Shown: piece after piece, positions 26,356-40,800 of the stretch
How positions within the stretch are numbered: position 1 is the stretch's first letter
Layout of the letters: every line of letters begins with the position of its first letter
DNA from: Felis catus
Lineage: Eukaryota
Reading direction: 5' to 3'
Assembly: GCF_018350175.1 (NCBI RefSeq)
Contig: NC_058368.1
Coordinates: 178,996,001-179,060,000 of the forward strand
Length of the DNA stretch: 64,000 bases
Notes under the pieces: generated by a model
Told to the model about the DNA's origin: nothing
Databases searched by the model: none
Seen by the model: the letters and a program-made list of their open reading frames with translations, nothing else
Position numbers and translations under genes: made by a program

Positions 26356-28280
26356 TTTCCTGTTCTCTCATCTCCGAAATGTCCTTTCTACCAAACCATT
26401 CTGCCTTTCTTAGCATCAAGGTCAAACTCCTGGGTAACTTTAGTTAACAAATGTATATCTGATTGATTAGACTCTTGGCAAAGAGAAGAGGGGGAAGCAG
26501 TCGTGTAAAAGTTTTTTTGATTTTTGTTTTTGTAAAATTTCCTTTTCCTCATTTGCCACCATCAACACTTCATTGTTTAGGCAAGCAATTTACAGAAAAA
26601 TTCAGGAATGGCTTTCCAGAAAATGATAATTACAATGTGCTGTGCACAAGAAGTGATCCATCCTAGCCCTATGGTTCCTGTAATTTTAATAGCTAACACC
26701 TTTTATCACAATGTTCCTACTCCTACAAATTAAAAAAAAAAAAGTCACCACTTAATCCCACATAATGACATGCCAATGACCAGGCACCCCACATCCGATC
26801 AAGGTCCTCTCAGGATTTCAGAAGTATTAGGCATGTCTGGTGTTTGCCATAAATATTGTTTAATATTCCCAGGCAATAGAAACTAACCAATAAAAATTAT
26901 ATCTGGAAAATTGAAAGTGATGGTTGGAATGGGGCTCTCTCCTTCTTGTCAAATTTCAATTTGAAATTAAATTGGGGCCTTCAGCACTAAGACAGGGACT
27001 CCTGACCTCTGAGTAATTACTTTCCAACATCATTTTCTTTAATTTGGAGGAGATATTTCTGTTCTAAAAGTGCTAGAAAGGACCATTTTATGAAAATAAA
27101 GCTACATCTTGAGAAAAATCTGTTTATTCCTTCCTTCTAGTTCAGGCACATTCCTGCTCCTAGTTAGGTGTGCTTTCTACATACCTCCAATACTCCCCAC
27201 TCAGCCCTCCTGTTGCTGTAATCACACCAACAAACTCAAGAGTCATTGAGACTAATGACACAGCATGTGACTTAGAACCTCTGCAAGGCTCCTGGAATCA
27301 GCCCAGGGGACGGGAAAGTATGAACAGACAATTCCTTACACTGTGCCCACATTCCCTGAGATACGGGTTCCTGATACTGAGAGGAAACATTCTTTGAAGA
27401 AGGAAAAGCATTCCAAACTGAGAGAAAGACATACAAATACATGAAGGTATGAAGCAACATAGCATTTCTAGGGATTATTTCACTCATTAATTTGCTTAAC
27501 AAACATTCATTGAGGACCCATGGTATACCAGGGGCACTGCTGGAAGCTGAGGGTAAAAGAGTAAGCAAACATGGTCCCTGCCCTCAAGGGGATCCACAGA
27601 ATGTAGGGAGACTGGAGCACAGAGACAAAAAAAACATCACCTTACAATGAACTAAGTACAATGAATCCAATGGCTGAGGTGTACAGGGGGCTCTGAGGGC
27701 AAGCAGGAGAGCCAGGTGTGGAGGGACTGAAGCCAGATGTGCAGAAAACAGCAGGATTTGGTGGGAGGCTAGGAGGACAGGCAGGTGAGTGAGAGGGAGG
27801 AATCAAGGGCAGCTACTACAGTTCTAGGTCAGTACTGTCAAATGGGATCCTAAATGAAGGGAGAGTATGGAGCAGGCTCCTGGGGGGCTGGTGATGAATT
27901 ATGTTTGGGGCGCAGTGAGTCTGAGGTACTTGAGAAACACCCCATTGAAAGAGGTCATGGTTTTCTTGAGGGCACAGACCATGCCTGACTCATTTCTGAG
28001 TCTTCATGCTGAGTATATAAGAGGTTTTCATAAAATAGTGAATGAATAAATAAATGAATATTATGTACAAGAAATGCATGTGCAAATGCTTTTTTGTGTT
28101 ATTTCATTTAATTTCCATAGGAACCCTATGAGGAAGGTCAAGTATTACCCCCTTTTATAAATAGGCCTAAGCCTTAAAAGTTCTGTGGTATAAGAGAGGA
28201 GCTATGTATGGCAAGTTCACAGATAAAAGTGTCTTAGAGAAAGAAAGAGAGAGAGAGAGAGAGAGACAGAGACAGAGAGA

Positions 28281-29070
28281 ACACATGGAAAAATACTCAA
28301 CATCATTAGTCATCAGGGAAATGTAAATTAAAACCACAATGAGACACCATTAGAATTGTTATAAATCCACTAGAGTTGTTAAAATCCAAAATACTGACAA
28401 TACTAAGTGTTAGGGAGGATGTAGATAAATAGAACCCTCATATTGCTTATGGGAATATAAAATGGTCACTATGGAAAACATTTTGGTAATTTCCTATAAA
28501 GTTAGATATATAATTCCCATATGTCCTAGCAATTCCACTTCTAGACTTCTACACAAGAGAAATTAAAATATGTTCATTCAAAATTTTTATATGAATATTC
28601 ATAGCAACATTATTTATAATAGCAAAATGTTGGAATCAATTCAAGTATCTATCCACTAGAGAATGGATAAACAAAATGCTGTATATTCATACAGTGTAAT
28701 ACTATTCAGCAATATAAAGGAATTAAGTACTGATACATCCTAAAATATAAACTTCAAAAACATTATTTTAAGGAAAGAAGCCAGATGTAAAAGACTTAAA
28801 ATTGTATAATTTCACTTACATGAAATGTCCAAAAAAAAAAAGCAAATCTATAAAGACAGAGATTAGAATAGTGGTGCTTAGGGATGGATGGGGGATAGAG
28901 GGGTAAGGGTGCCAAGCAGAGGGACTGCAAATGGAACTTTCAGGAATGAAAGGAAGCATTACAAACTGACTTGTGGTCATGGCTACACAATTATACACTT
29001 ACTAAAACTCATACAAATTGCAATGGTTAAAATTTAAAGCATGTAAGTTTCACCCCAATGAAAGTGAAAG
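28281..29070 (+). mobile_element. Ancient L1 (L1M-type) ORF2 end and 3'UTR relic
   Basis: tactcaacatcattagtcatcagggaaatgtaaattaaaaccacaatgagacacca; cctagcaattccacttctag; gaatggataaacaaaatg. No intact ORF. Confidence 0.88.
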
Positions 29071-29079
29071 AAGTAAAGA

Positions 29080-29148
29080 GAGAAAGAAAGAAAGAGAGAG
29101 AAAGGAAGGAAGGAAAGAAAAAAAAGAAAGAAAGAAATTAAGAAATTA

Positions 29149-29202
<54 letters not shown>

Positions 29203-29215
29203 GAAAGAAAGAAGG
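29080..29215. repeat. Purine-rich tract with (GAAA)12 core at 29153-29200
   Basis: Direct count; lies at the tail of the L1 relic. Confidence 0.95.
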
Positions 29216-30289
29216 AATAAAGACAGCTGTGTGATTTAGAAGAGGCAGGGAGGTCCCAACCAGGTTGGTGAGATTTGAGCAGCTTCCTAAGGGATGCATT
29301 TGTGCTGGACCTTGAAGACTAGATAGTATTTCAATAGATTGAGATGGCACACTAAAGGATTCCAGACAAAGAAAGCAGCATGAGTGAGAAAGAGCCAGGC
29401 ATGGTTGGGCAATATCCAGACATCCATTTTGTCTGAAAAGCCAGGTGGAGAAAAGTAGATGAAAAAGCTGAGACATGTGGTTGTGGCCAGATCACAGATG
29501 CTGAGAATGGTCAGGCTAATGCATTTAAGACTTAACTGGGCACACAGTGGGAACCCACAGAATTTTCCAGAGTAGGGGAGTGTCCTGGCAAAGATTGATG
29601 GGGCAGCAGTGAGGAATGCATGTTGGAAGGGCTAGCAACCAGAGTACTGCATTAAATGAAAGGCTCAAAAAACTGGGTGTAGTGAATGAGGGCCAAACTA
29701 TGCTCACATGCAAAGGAAAGAGAGATGCATTGTATCAGATAGAAAGGAAAATAATAACAGACACCAGTTATTTGGTGCTTCCTATGATCCAGGCACTGTT
29801 TTAAAGAATGACTGTCCTAAAGGAGAGACAGAGAGTTAAGACCTGCTATAAACGGATAAACCAAATAGATGGATGGCCATCTTTAGGTCTAGCTCTAAAG
29901 AAGAGGCATAAAGATTAGGGAGGTAATAAAATGCTTATCTCAGGCATGTTATGGAAACCACAGACATGGAAGCTTATAACTAAATAAGATATGGTGAGAC
30001 TTCTAAGGAGGAAGGATGGTAAGTTAGAAAGTGACGGAGACCAATTTACATGACTCTCTGTCCCAAGAAAGCAGGAGTACCTGGCCCTGAGAGCCCTCTT
30101 TATGAATGTCACCACTCCTTTAAATTTACACAGTGTATGGTAAGTAAACATGCACTGACATGACTAAACAGAGCCAAATGGGTCTAAAGAAAATGTTTAC
30201 CCTCTGTTGTTTCTAGGGATCAAATCCTTACTTGCCCAGCTTTTGTTGAAATGACACTCAGCCCCTTGCTCTGTATCCATGAAGCAAGA

Positions 30290-30558
30290 CTAGAGCATAT
30301 CAACAATCAACATCCCAAACCTAGCTGAGATCCCAAACTGGCTTCCTGAAAGCTGAATCCAGCTGTTCAGGGCTCAGAGAATGTTTATAAATATAGTTTC
30401 TTATTAGCTGCCAACACTTAAATATCAGGACATTTCACATTTTCAGCTTCTCTTGAGAAGCTGGGAGTTTTGGCAACTATATGGCCCAGTTCCATGTGGT
30501 GTCAATCAATCACAGCTGGGTAGCACTTGTCCTCATTAAGCATTAGAGTCCCTGCCTG
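30290..30558. mobile_element. hAT DNA transposon relic (MER102-like)
   Basis: aatatcaggacatttcacat...cagcttctcttgagaagctgggagttttggcaactatatggcccagttcc resembles MER102 as I recall it. Confidence 0.5.
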
Positions 30559-30559
30559 G

Positions 30560-31080
30560 TTCATTCACTCATTCATTCACTCATTCATTCAACAAATACA
30601 TATCAAGTACTTACTATACGCAGGGCACTGTTGTAGGGTCCAGAGATATAAATGAACAAAACAAATGAAATCTTTACATTTTGGAGCTCATTTTATCACA
30701 AGGAGAGCAAGACAATGAATCAATCAAGGTATACATATTTTTCTAGGTGGTGAAAAGTACTAAGAAACATAAAGAAGTAAGGTGTGGAGCTTGAAAGAAG
30801 ATTGAGAGGTGCTGGGTATTATACACAAGGTAGTCAGGGCAGGGAAGCCTCTCTGATTTGGTGACAACTGAGCCAGGATCTGATTTACATGAGGAAATAA
30901 CCCCTCAGTCCTGAGGCAGAGATAGGTCAAGCCGAGGGAACAGCAAATATAATCATGTTTTGTGTGTGGGAGAAATGAGGCAGAGGACATTTCAGGCCCT
31001 AGCAATGGTTTGGATTTTATTTTGAGTGAGATGGGAAACCACTGGTGAGTTTGAGCAGAGGAGTAACATAGTGGAACATA
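30560..31080 (-). mobile_element. L2 3' relic
   Basis: ttcattcactcattcattcactcattcattcaacaaata (reverse of the L2 tail), then tttggattttattttgagtgagatgggaaaccactgg...gagcagaggagtaacat. Confidence 0.8.
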
Positions 31081-31623
31081 CTCATTTATGTTGGTGACTG
31101 GTCCCCATAAGCATTATTTTTGGCCCTCAATTTAAAGCAAGATGGGCAGAGGTTAAAGGGTTAGAGATGGACTCTTTCTGGAGAGGGAAAATAATCAGAC
31201 TATGAGGCAGGAACCTCCTGATCTTCAGAATGTAGCATTTATACCAAAGAATAACCCAAAATTTAGCAGTGACTTGAATTAATTGACATCTACGGGCAGA
31301 GTTAACATACAATGAATCCACTTAGAAAACCAAGCACACAAGACACTGAGACTGGACATTGTCCAACTCTATGTCAAAAGAAAAGGCTCCTGGTGGATGT
31401 GAATGTGGAGCATTCTGTCTGGCCACTTACAAAAAGCTTCTCTCACTCTTTAATCTTTACCAGTGACATTCCATCTCCATTGGCACACTCACCTTAGTTG
31501 ACAAGTCTTAATTCTTGTTTTATTTCAGCAACTTGAGTTAACTCTTATGTTATCCCAACTCAGATAAGAAAAAATCTAACTACTGTACTCCAAAACAAAG
31601 TAATGATTGGTGCTAGGCTTTCA

Positions 31624-31875
<252 letters not shown>

Positions 31876-31884
31876 TCAGATGTG

Positions 31885-31983
31885 GTCATCACCAAGACCT
31901 CCACCACCACAACTGCTATCACCACCACCACTATCATCATCACTGTAGCCATTGTTATCATACCTCCATGACCATCATCACCT
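31885..31983. repeat. Imperfect (CAC/CAT)n low-complexity tract just upstream of the acceptor of the 96-nt DOCK2 exon
   Basis: catcaccaagacctccaccaccacaactgctatcaccaccaccactatcatcatcac...accatcatcac. Confidence 0.85.
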
Positions 31984-33166
31984 GGCACTGGGCACGAGGA
32001 ATTTCATTAACCACCTTAGCTATAAGGTAGAGATTAAGAGCCTAAGTTATGGAATCAGAATCTTTTGTTGTAGAATACTAAGTACAGAATTATTGTGCTA
32101 CATTGGCTGAGTTACTTCTCTGAACCTTGGTTTCTTCATTGGTATAACAATCAGGATATAACCTGGGATAGGTAGGGCATTTACTGCAGGAAATTGGTTA
32201 CATGGGTGATGAAGAAGCTGAGTCACCAAACAAGATTACCTAGGGATCAGCACTAGAAGGAAGTCACGGTCACCTCTGAGCTAAAGGGACAAATAGACAA
32301 GGTAGTGTTTCTGGAGTCCAAGACTGGGTTTCTGTGATGGAAACTATAACCTTGGGGGAGCTTATGCAGTAGAGGCTGCATTATCCATCTTGGGGGAAAT
32401 CCATGGTGAGCCTGGTTACAACATCTACAGGGTACTACCCACTTTAAATGCAAGCCACTGAACCTTGGGTAGAACTTATCAATGCTTTCTGAGCATTTGC
32501 CATGGTGAGCAAGAGTTTTATGCATGATTACAACACAGATTCACTACATCCTCAAATCCTCTTACCAGCATAACCTTAAGGCACAGAGTTTCATCTATGC
32601 ATATCTGGGATGGTGGTCATGGACAAGTGGAAAGGCCACTTGGAATTCTAAGATCAGCAGCTCCAGGTATGAGTTCCAACTCTGCCCTTACCAGCTATGT
32701 GGCCACACTTGTAACTTAAACTCTGAGTCTCAACTTCATCATCTACAAACTGTGGAAGTTCTCTCACCAGCCTTTCAAGGTTGATGTGAACTTAAAAGTG
32801 ACACATGCAATTTGAAACAATGCACTCACCTAATTCCACTGCAGGAGATTCTGTGGGTCTGAGAAATATCCTGGGCATCAGTAATTTCTGAATTTTATGT
32901 GGGTTATTCTGATGGCTGAGAACCATGACAAATGTACTGTGAAGCTCTACAAATGAAGGCTGGAATATGGAAACAGCCTGTGTCTCCAGGACCCAGCCAG
33001 AGACTGACATAAACAAAATGCTAAAGAAATGGGTGATTTAAAAAGTGGGTAACTACTCACACTCATTCCTAAGTACCTCATTAACCTTTGCTGCATTCAC
33101 CTCAACTATAGTTTGTCTTTTAATGTAACCAATGAAAGGAAATAGACTCGTAGTTGGGGGAGGGCA

Positions 33167-33175
33167 AAAAAAAAA

Positions 33176-33227
<52 letters not shown>

Positions 33228-33238
33228 AGGAAAGAAAA
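33167..33238. repeat. A11 followed by (GAAA)12 microsatellite
   Basis: Direct count; GAAA units at 33178-33225. Confidence 0.95.
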
Positions 33239-33689
33239 TGTGCTTATTAAAAAGCCCCCTCACCTCCCAACATGCTCTCGGTGACTATTGTTTTCCAAAG
33301 ATGAATAGCCCAGAGCTTGCTTCCTCTCTCTGTCCCATACTTGCTTCTTTTGCACTTTGGCTATAACCCCCAATTCTCCAGCCCTGTAGAGCTCACCAGC
33401 AAGACATCTATCAAAGCATATATTTTACAGCAACAGCAGTCTCATGCTCCATGGGGTCCAGCTGGACCTTAATCTCTTGCTAGATTCTCTTACTAGATTA
33501 GGTGAGCTCCCCACAACCATCCAGCCCTTTCCCCACATCTACTCAGGGGTAGGGGTAAGAACATCTCCCCTCACTTCTTGGCTGTAGGTCAACCTCTCTC
33601 CTGATTCCTTCTCCTTTATTTCTTCAAGCCTTTTTACCGACTTACAATCTCCTATTTCTTACATTACATGACTGTGATGCCTATGGTAA

Positions 33690-33910
33690 TAACAATAATA
33701 GCTAACATTTCTGAGTTCTTACTAAATACCTGGCACCTTGCTAAACGCATTAACTCATCTCACAATGTGATAAGCAATATTACAATCTCCATTGTTCACA
33801 TGTAGAAACTGAAGCCCAGAGAGGTGAAGTAACTTGTCCAGAGTCACACAGTTAGAAAGTTAGGGAAAAATGATTCAAACCCAGCAGTCTGGCTCTACAG
33901 CCTGCTCCTC
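33690..33910 (-). mobile_element. MIR SINE relic, representative of about 20 similar fragments (e.g. near 4530, 6160, 8160, 24290, 34370, 39850, 44730, 56650, 63580)
   Basis: MIR core catgtagaaactgaagcccagagaggtgaagtaacttgtccagagtcacacagttag...attcaaacccagcagtctggct. Confidence 0.8.
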
Positions 33911-35406
33911 ACCCAGGCAGACTCAACAGGAACACAGATCTCTGGCTGCTACTTGCCAGCCTCTTTCCATATGTCAAGATACATAGACCCTGACTTCAAC
34001 TGAGCCAACTTCTAACTGCCTTCAGTGACTTCTGATCTTTTCTCTCCTTTTTAGAAAATCTTCAGTGCTATGTATTCACGACTCCCTTATCTTTTCTGCA
34101 TTCCTTTGCAATTTCATCAGCCTAAGCCCACTGCAAATTTATATAATGGTTTCCATTTGATGTTATTTTTTTTCCAGGATTACATCTCTTCTTTTACCAA
34201 CAGAGATAATAAAACCCCTTTTCTCTTGACCTCCTGCCTCCTGCTTCTTTTAAATAGCCATTTCATCTTAGTCCAAAAAGCGGCAATTAGACTGCTCAGG
34301 AAGTTTGGTATTTAAAAGTGGAAACCTGTCAAATTCAATTCATTTCACTCTGAAAGCTCCCAGTATGAGAGGCTGTATAGCAGAGTGTTTGGGGATCAGA
34401 CAGACTTGAGTTTGAATCTCAGTTCTGCTAATTTGAGCTAGGTGACCTTGGGCAAATTACCTTTATTCTCTGAGTTTCAATTTATTTATAAAATGTGGCA
34501 AACCTCATAGTACGTGTTTGAGGTATAAATAAAGTAATGCAGGTAAATCCCTTGATATTAAGGGTTGGCACATAGTAAGCCCTCAATAAGTGGTGGCTGC
34601 AATTCATATTCCCCTGGGTCTGCATCAGCATTCAGGCTAGGCTTACAGATTCTCAGCACGTAGCAGAATATGCAGTATAAGGCAATACATAATCTAAACT
34701 CTGGATGATATCGAATGTCACCTAAAAAAATGTATAGCATATATGCAAATAGAAAACTTTCAAGATGATAAACCTGTGCTAAGCAGTAAAAATGCAGCCA
34801 CAAATCACCTACTGTTAATTGCTCTAGTGCCAGGCAAGTGGAGGGAATCTCTAGGAAAGTGTCTTCTGGGCTCAAACTAAGCAGTGGCTTATAATTGAAA
34901 AGACAAAGTCAGTCTTCCCTTTATGGGCCTGGCAAAGATATTAATCCATCCAACCTAAACACACTGCAAATAGTAGTGATTTTTCTTCTTTAATAATTAC
35001 AGGCTGTGATACCTGGATGGATCTTGGAGTACTTTCTATAAGTGAAATCTTGTACATAAGCCCTGTTATATATAACATAGTGGAAGGAGAGCTGGAAAGC
35101 TGGCGGGGGGCGAGGGGGGGTGCTTCTTGCTTCACTCGAGCCCCTATGCCAGCCCTGGGACTTTGCAGAATGCCATTCAGAACCGATCCCCCACAATGTT
35201 TCCAGAATAATAATAGAACATACCATACATGAGATGATTTTCAGTAATAATATATAGACACAGCATTTTCAAACACTGAATCAAATTATGCTGAAGGCAT
35301 CCTCTTTTTTCATTCAAGGTTCATTCCTTTCATTCAAGGTTTCAAACAAGGTTCGACCCTTGTTTTGATCTCAAGCAGAAAAATCTCCCTTTGATGTGAA
35401 TATGTC

Positions 35407-35625
35407 TTTTTTTCCCCCTTAAGTTTATTTTCTTATTTATTTTGAGAGAGACAGAAAAAGTGCAAGTGGGGGAGGGGCAGAAACAGAGGGAGACCGAGAA
35501 TCCCAAGCAGGCTCTGCACCATCAGTGAGGAGCCCGATGCCAGGCTTGAACCCACAAACCATGAGATTGTGACCTGAGCTGAAATCAAGAGTTGGATGCT
35601 CAACTCTGAGCCACCCAGGTGCTCC
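35407..35625 (-). mobile_element. Can-SINE
   Basis: ttattttgagagagacag...gaatcccaagcaggctctgcacc...gacctgagctgaaatcaagagttggatgctcaactctgagccacccaggtgctcc. No clear TSD. Confidence 0.92.
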
Positions 35626-35962
35626 AGTTCTTTAAAAAAAATTTATACTATATTTCCTCTGATTCATGATTGTCTCTTATTTTTCAAAATTCTATTTTTA
35701 AAAGTTTGCTTTGCCTCGCAGAGTCTCTTTCCTCCAAGTTGCTTCTCTTCTGTTTGCTTGTTTTGCACTCTTTTTTTACATTCAAATTGTTCTCTGTTCT
35801 CTGGAATGGGTGATGGTATGTTCATATTTTGGTGTGGGTAACTGAAAGGCTGGTTGCCAACTCTGAGCATGTGAGTAGAGCTTGTGGTCTGTGAGCTTCT
35901 CTGCAGGGTGAACCAGTTGGGACAGTTAGCCAGAGAGTCTCAAATACTCAAATATACAAGTC

Positions 35963-36194
35963 TTTTTTTTTTTAATTTTAACATTTTTAAATTATTTTTG
36001 TTTTAATTTTTTGAAAGAAAGAGTGAGCACAAGCAGGGAAGGTGCAGAGACAGAGGGGGATACAAAATCCAAAGCAGGCTCCAACCTTTAAGCTGTCAGC
36101 ACACAGCCTAACACAGGGCTCGAACTCATGAACTGTGAGATCATGACCTGAGCCAAAGTCAAACCCTTAACCAACTGAGCCACCCGGTTACCTC
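35963..36194 (-). mobile_element. Can-SINE (feliform type)
   Basis: gctgtcagcacacagcctaacacagggctcgaactcatgaactgtgagatcatgacctgagcc. TSD tatacaagtcttt / tatacaattcttt. Confidence 0.92.
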
Positions 36195-36412
36195 TATACA
36201 ATTCTTTCTTCTTGTGCTGCTCAGATTCCACACACAGGCATTCTCTCACCTCTTGCCTGAAGGATTAAGCGCCAGCTGTAGCCTTCCAGAAGCCAAGTGG
36301 GACAAAAGTGTCTGAAGCTTCTGCTTCTAGGATGCATACTTTGATTGATACCTTGTTTCTAGTATGGCATCATTGACTTCCGTTTTGATGAGTGTCTCCT
36401 AGTCCAGCCCAG

Positions 36413-36571
36413 TTTTTTGTTTTGTTTTGTTTTGTTTTATATTAAATTTAATTTACTGTCAAATTGGTTTCCATACAACACCCAGTGCTCATCCCAGCAG
36501 GTGCCCTCCTCAATGCTCCTCACCCACTTTCCCCTCTCCCCGACCCCCCATCAACCCTCAGTTTGTTCTCA
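36413..36571 (-). mobile_element. 5'-truncated felid-type L1 3' end
   Basis: T-rich tail then aaattggtttccatacaacacccagtgctcatccca...tgccctcctcaatg...catcaaccctcagtttgttctcag. Confidence 0.85.
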
Positions 36572-37628
36572 GACTTCAGCCTCTACTACAAAGCTGTTTT
36601 GTCTTTATAGATTAAACCTCCAGTGACCCAGCTGCACCGAGTCAGGCTGCTTCAACAGACTTGCAACCTGTCTTCCTTGTTACAGTTCCTCTCCGTCATC
36701 CCACCTCCAGGGGGACCTGGTACTACCACTTTCTGAAACGTTGGGGGAATCTTTGCTTTAGATTGGATGGATGAGTTCTCAGCTTTCCCCAATGCCAGCC
36801 TATTAATTACCTTTCCTGGGCCTGCTAAGTCACTTATTCACTTTCCATATGATATCCACCTTCTTTTAGAATCCTCCCTTATCTTCCATATCAGGTTTCC
36901 ATGAGGGAGCAAAACATGGGACTACAGTTTATGTATCACCTTTACAAGGGGTTTCTACACCAAATTTTTGAGTTTAAATGTTTATAAGTGAGCCGATATC
37001 ATTCAAAATATTACAAGTTCATGTGATAACGTTAAATAACAAAAAATGTGATTGTGTAATGCAAATGGCTGAGGTTTTGAAAAGAGTTCCAGTGCAACCC
37101 CTAAGTTTACAGAAAGAAAAACTTCAGCACTGAGAAAGGGGGGTGGGGGGAGGGTCATGTGACCAGTGGCAGGTAAAGTCATCAGAGCAAAAATGAAAAA
37201 CCAGTTCTGCTGAGCAAGTCCGGGCCAACAGCTTCCTCCACTCCAGCAGGCACACAAGCAGCCTTGGTCCTTGCGTTCATGCCAAGAACAATCCCAGCTT
37301 CTCCACCTGCTTTGTCTTTAGATCTCTTTAGTAGGAAGATAAAGATCTCAAGGTCACAACTACAGAGTTAAATCCAAAGACCTTTTTTTTTTTTTAAGCC
37401 AAAAAATAATGCATTTTCTGAGCACAGAAACAGCTACAATCTATGGCTGCTACTATTTTTCCCTGCTCTGCGTTTCTATGTAAGAGGCCTTTTAAACTTC
37501 TTTCTTATCTCAAAGGAACCACAAACACTTAGCTAGAAAGAAAATATCCTAACTTTCAAAAGATAGTAACAGTATCATCTAAAGTAGAGTCACCTCTTTC
37601 TATGACCCCTTGAGGCAATGTGATTTTC

Positions 37629-37864
37629 CTTTTTTTCTTAAACCTGGAAATTGCTTCTTTCTTTTCTTTTTTTTTTTCTTTTCTTTTGAGAGAGAGAGAG
37701 AGACAGAGAGAGGAGAGAGAGACAGAGGGAGAGAAAGAATCCCAACCAGGTTCCACACATAGCACAGAGCCTGACGCAGGGCTTGATGCCATGACTGTGA
37801 GATCATGACCTGGGCCGAAATCAAGAGTCAGATGCTTAACCAACGGAGCCACCCAGGCACCCTG
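37629..37864 (-). mobile_element. Can-SINE
   Basis: gagatcatgacctgggccgaaatcaagagtcagatgcttaaccaacggagccacccaggcaccc. 17-bp TSD gaggcaatgtgattttc / gagacaatgtgattttc. Confidence 0.93.
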
Positions 37865-40800
37865 GAGACAATGTGATTTTCTCATGAGTTCTAGGCTTAG
37901 TGCTATCTGCCTTCTTTCTTCTTGTTTGAAGTAGTTTCCGTCCGGAAAGATTTGACTTTAACTGTATAACACTACATTGTGGGGAGCAAGTGACAGAGGC
38001 TGCCAGGGATTCAGAGGAGGGGGAGCTGGGGGTCAGCAAAGTCTAGCAGGGGGCTTTGTCGCTCCCCATCATCTCTGCCTCTCCTACCCACTGGGTGACT
38101 TCCATTTCCCAGGTAGGACTTAAGCAATACCTTCATGTGGTCATAGGTGTCTTTGAACCATAAGTTAGCCTTCTTGAGAAGGGGGGAGTTTGAGTTAGTG
38201 GCAGAAAGATATAATAAAGAAGAAAAGAAGATATGGGTCCTCATCCTGACACTGCTATTACCCAACAGTCTTGAGGTCATACCATATGCCAGGAACTGTG
38301 CATGTAGATTTGAAACCTATAATCTTACTTTTTTTTAAGGCCCATTGAAGTCCAAGATGAAATATGAGAATCGAGAGGTTTATAAACTTGCCCGACATTA
38401 TCCACTCCTAAGTGGACACGCCTGAACGCAAGCTCAATTCTGTCTAATTCTGGGCTCTTTCCAAAGCATGGTGGTGGTGCTGGGAGGTGAGAGTGCTTTG
38501 GATTCCAGGCTTATAACTACCACCGCCTCCATCTTTTAGGATCACAGAAATGAATAGATGCAGCAGCACTTTGTAGATGATAAATCATTCTGCAAATTTG
38601 TCCAAAGTTAACAATAAGACAAACATTTGTGTGCACAGCTGTTTATAGCATATTGTATTGCTTTTAATATCCAAATGCACCAAGCAAGATAAATATCCCC
38701 AAGTCTGGGATCCTATTATATAAACGACAGCTTATTCATGCAATAGAGTAGGAGAAGGTAGATATGCCTTGACCTGGACAGATATCTTTAACACACTCAG
38801 TAAAAAGAGACTACAGAGCACCATTCAGAAGCCCATTTATGTTTGTGAAAAAATATTTTTCTATGTCCAAAAAGTCTGTAAAAATAATGGTACCCCAGAG
38901 CAGAGGTAAGAACGAGAGATGTAAGGTTAGAGGGATAATTTTACTTCCTGTGGTTTGTTAGAATTTTTCATAATAATCATATATGATAATAAAGAATATA
39001 GAAATTTTTCCCAACCGGAAAAGAATGAATGTCAGTCTACACACCCAAGAAATCGTATTCACAGGGATGGAGTGGATACACAGCAGGGGCCACAGTGTGC
39101 TGCAGGCAGGCCTGTGGTGAGGCGCGAGGGCACTCCCCATCCCCTAGACCTCCCACCCCATGCCAAAGCTGCCATAGAATCCTGGTGCTCACAAGTTGGA
39201 GTGAAGTTGTCAGTGTTACTGAGCTGACAAAAGAGCACTACAAAGTAACACGGATTAACCCTTTTAAAAAGGCACAAGCATGAAATGTTTTATCCATTTA
39301 TCAAATGGTTTTAACTTCCATTTTCTAGAAGGTAGGGGGAAAAATCTACTTAAAGCAACCAGGAAAAAGCACAAAACCATCATGTCCAACAACAAAAAAA
39401 TCCCATTGTGCTTAGAGAGAAACGTTGCTGTTATTCAGATCCTGTAAGTTGCTTTGTGGGAACTTTTATTAAAATACACTGGACCCTCCAACCTGCAGCC
39501 TAGAGCGAAAAAAATTAAGCCTTCTTAGGTCTGTAAGTCTAACATCTCAGCGCTGATGAATGGAGACTGGTTGGACCGACTTATGAAGATGTACCACGGA
39601 GATGCTCTACTTTTGTGTTCAGTTCTTCAAAACGGGAGGAGTCTATGAGATTGTATAAGGAGAAGTGGATAAAGAACACAAGTAACAATTGTTGAATTCT
39701 TACTGTGTGCCAGACTATGGACTGTGTGCTTTGTATTTATAATTTCAGTGTGTCTTGGGAAAACCCTGGGACAAGTATTACCCCAATTTAAGATATAAAA
39801 TAAGATTCATTCTGATTGTTAATACCAGTCAGTATTTATTGAACACTTAATGTATGTCATTTACCATAATAATACTGTTTTACATGAACCATCTCATTTA
39901 ATTCACTGAATAATCTTAGAAAACTGCTATTCTAATTCTTCCTATATTACAAATGAGGAAATTCAGAGGTTAATGTAACTTGTCCTAAGTCACAGAATTA
40001 CAAGTGATGGAGGTGGATTTGAATACATGTCTTCTTGGTTGCTAGGCTTATGTGTTGTGTACACAGGTATTTATAGAAATTTTGTATTATTTACAACATC
40101 TAAATGTAACAAGCAAGATACACGTGCAAATGGCCCTACAGCAATGGGCTCCTTTAAGATTTCCATTGTAGAAATGGAAGTTTGTAAACTTTTTGTAATA
40201 TTTCAAAAAAAAATTTAACAGAAATTGTATACTCATTCATCTTCAGTATCACCACACGGGCTTATTAATTACAATGTCAAGATTTCTTGTTTGCATGAGA
40301 ACTACAGGTCAATACTCTGTTTAACTCTGCTGGTCAGAAAATTCAGAATGGTGCTTATATATTATTCTTTTTTTTTAAATAATGAGTCAACACATCACTT
40401 AACGTTTAATACATGTTTCTTGTTTGGGAGACAATGTATTTTAAAACGTGCATCCAGTGAAAACCGGTGGGTGAATACTGCTTGGTGGTGACAACATTTT
40501 CTATTATTTATCCAGAAAGCCATTCAAAATGTGGCTTCTGTGTCTCCATGCCAGGGCTGCCTGATGAGCTTTCTCCCTCCCTCCAATACTGACCTCCTCT
40601 CCATCCCCTCCATTGGCAGCCTAGTGTTTCTATTCTCTTTCCTTTGTTTACTTTTGCTTTATGCCTTTGCTTTATCACCATACTTCATCCCTGATGCCAG
40701 GATGGCTTCAGCCACAGGCAGAGAAGTTGCCTGTGGAGATCAACATGATTCTTCCCCACCCCAAATGAATTCCCAAATATATCTCCAACTGTTTATTGAT

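Noticed and set aside
36700..36720. CTCF-like motif cctccagggggac (also cacagggggcgg near 6043)
   Set aside because: Only partial matches to the consensus; not supportable without PWM scoring or ChIP data.
37138..37154. Other G-rich runs (also ~53569-53587 and ~62524-62545) as functional G4s
   Set aside because: Intronic, on the DOCK2 template strand, with no promoter or exon context; common in mammalian DNA.
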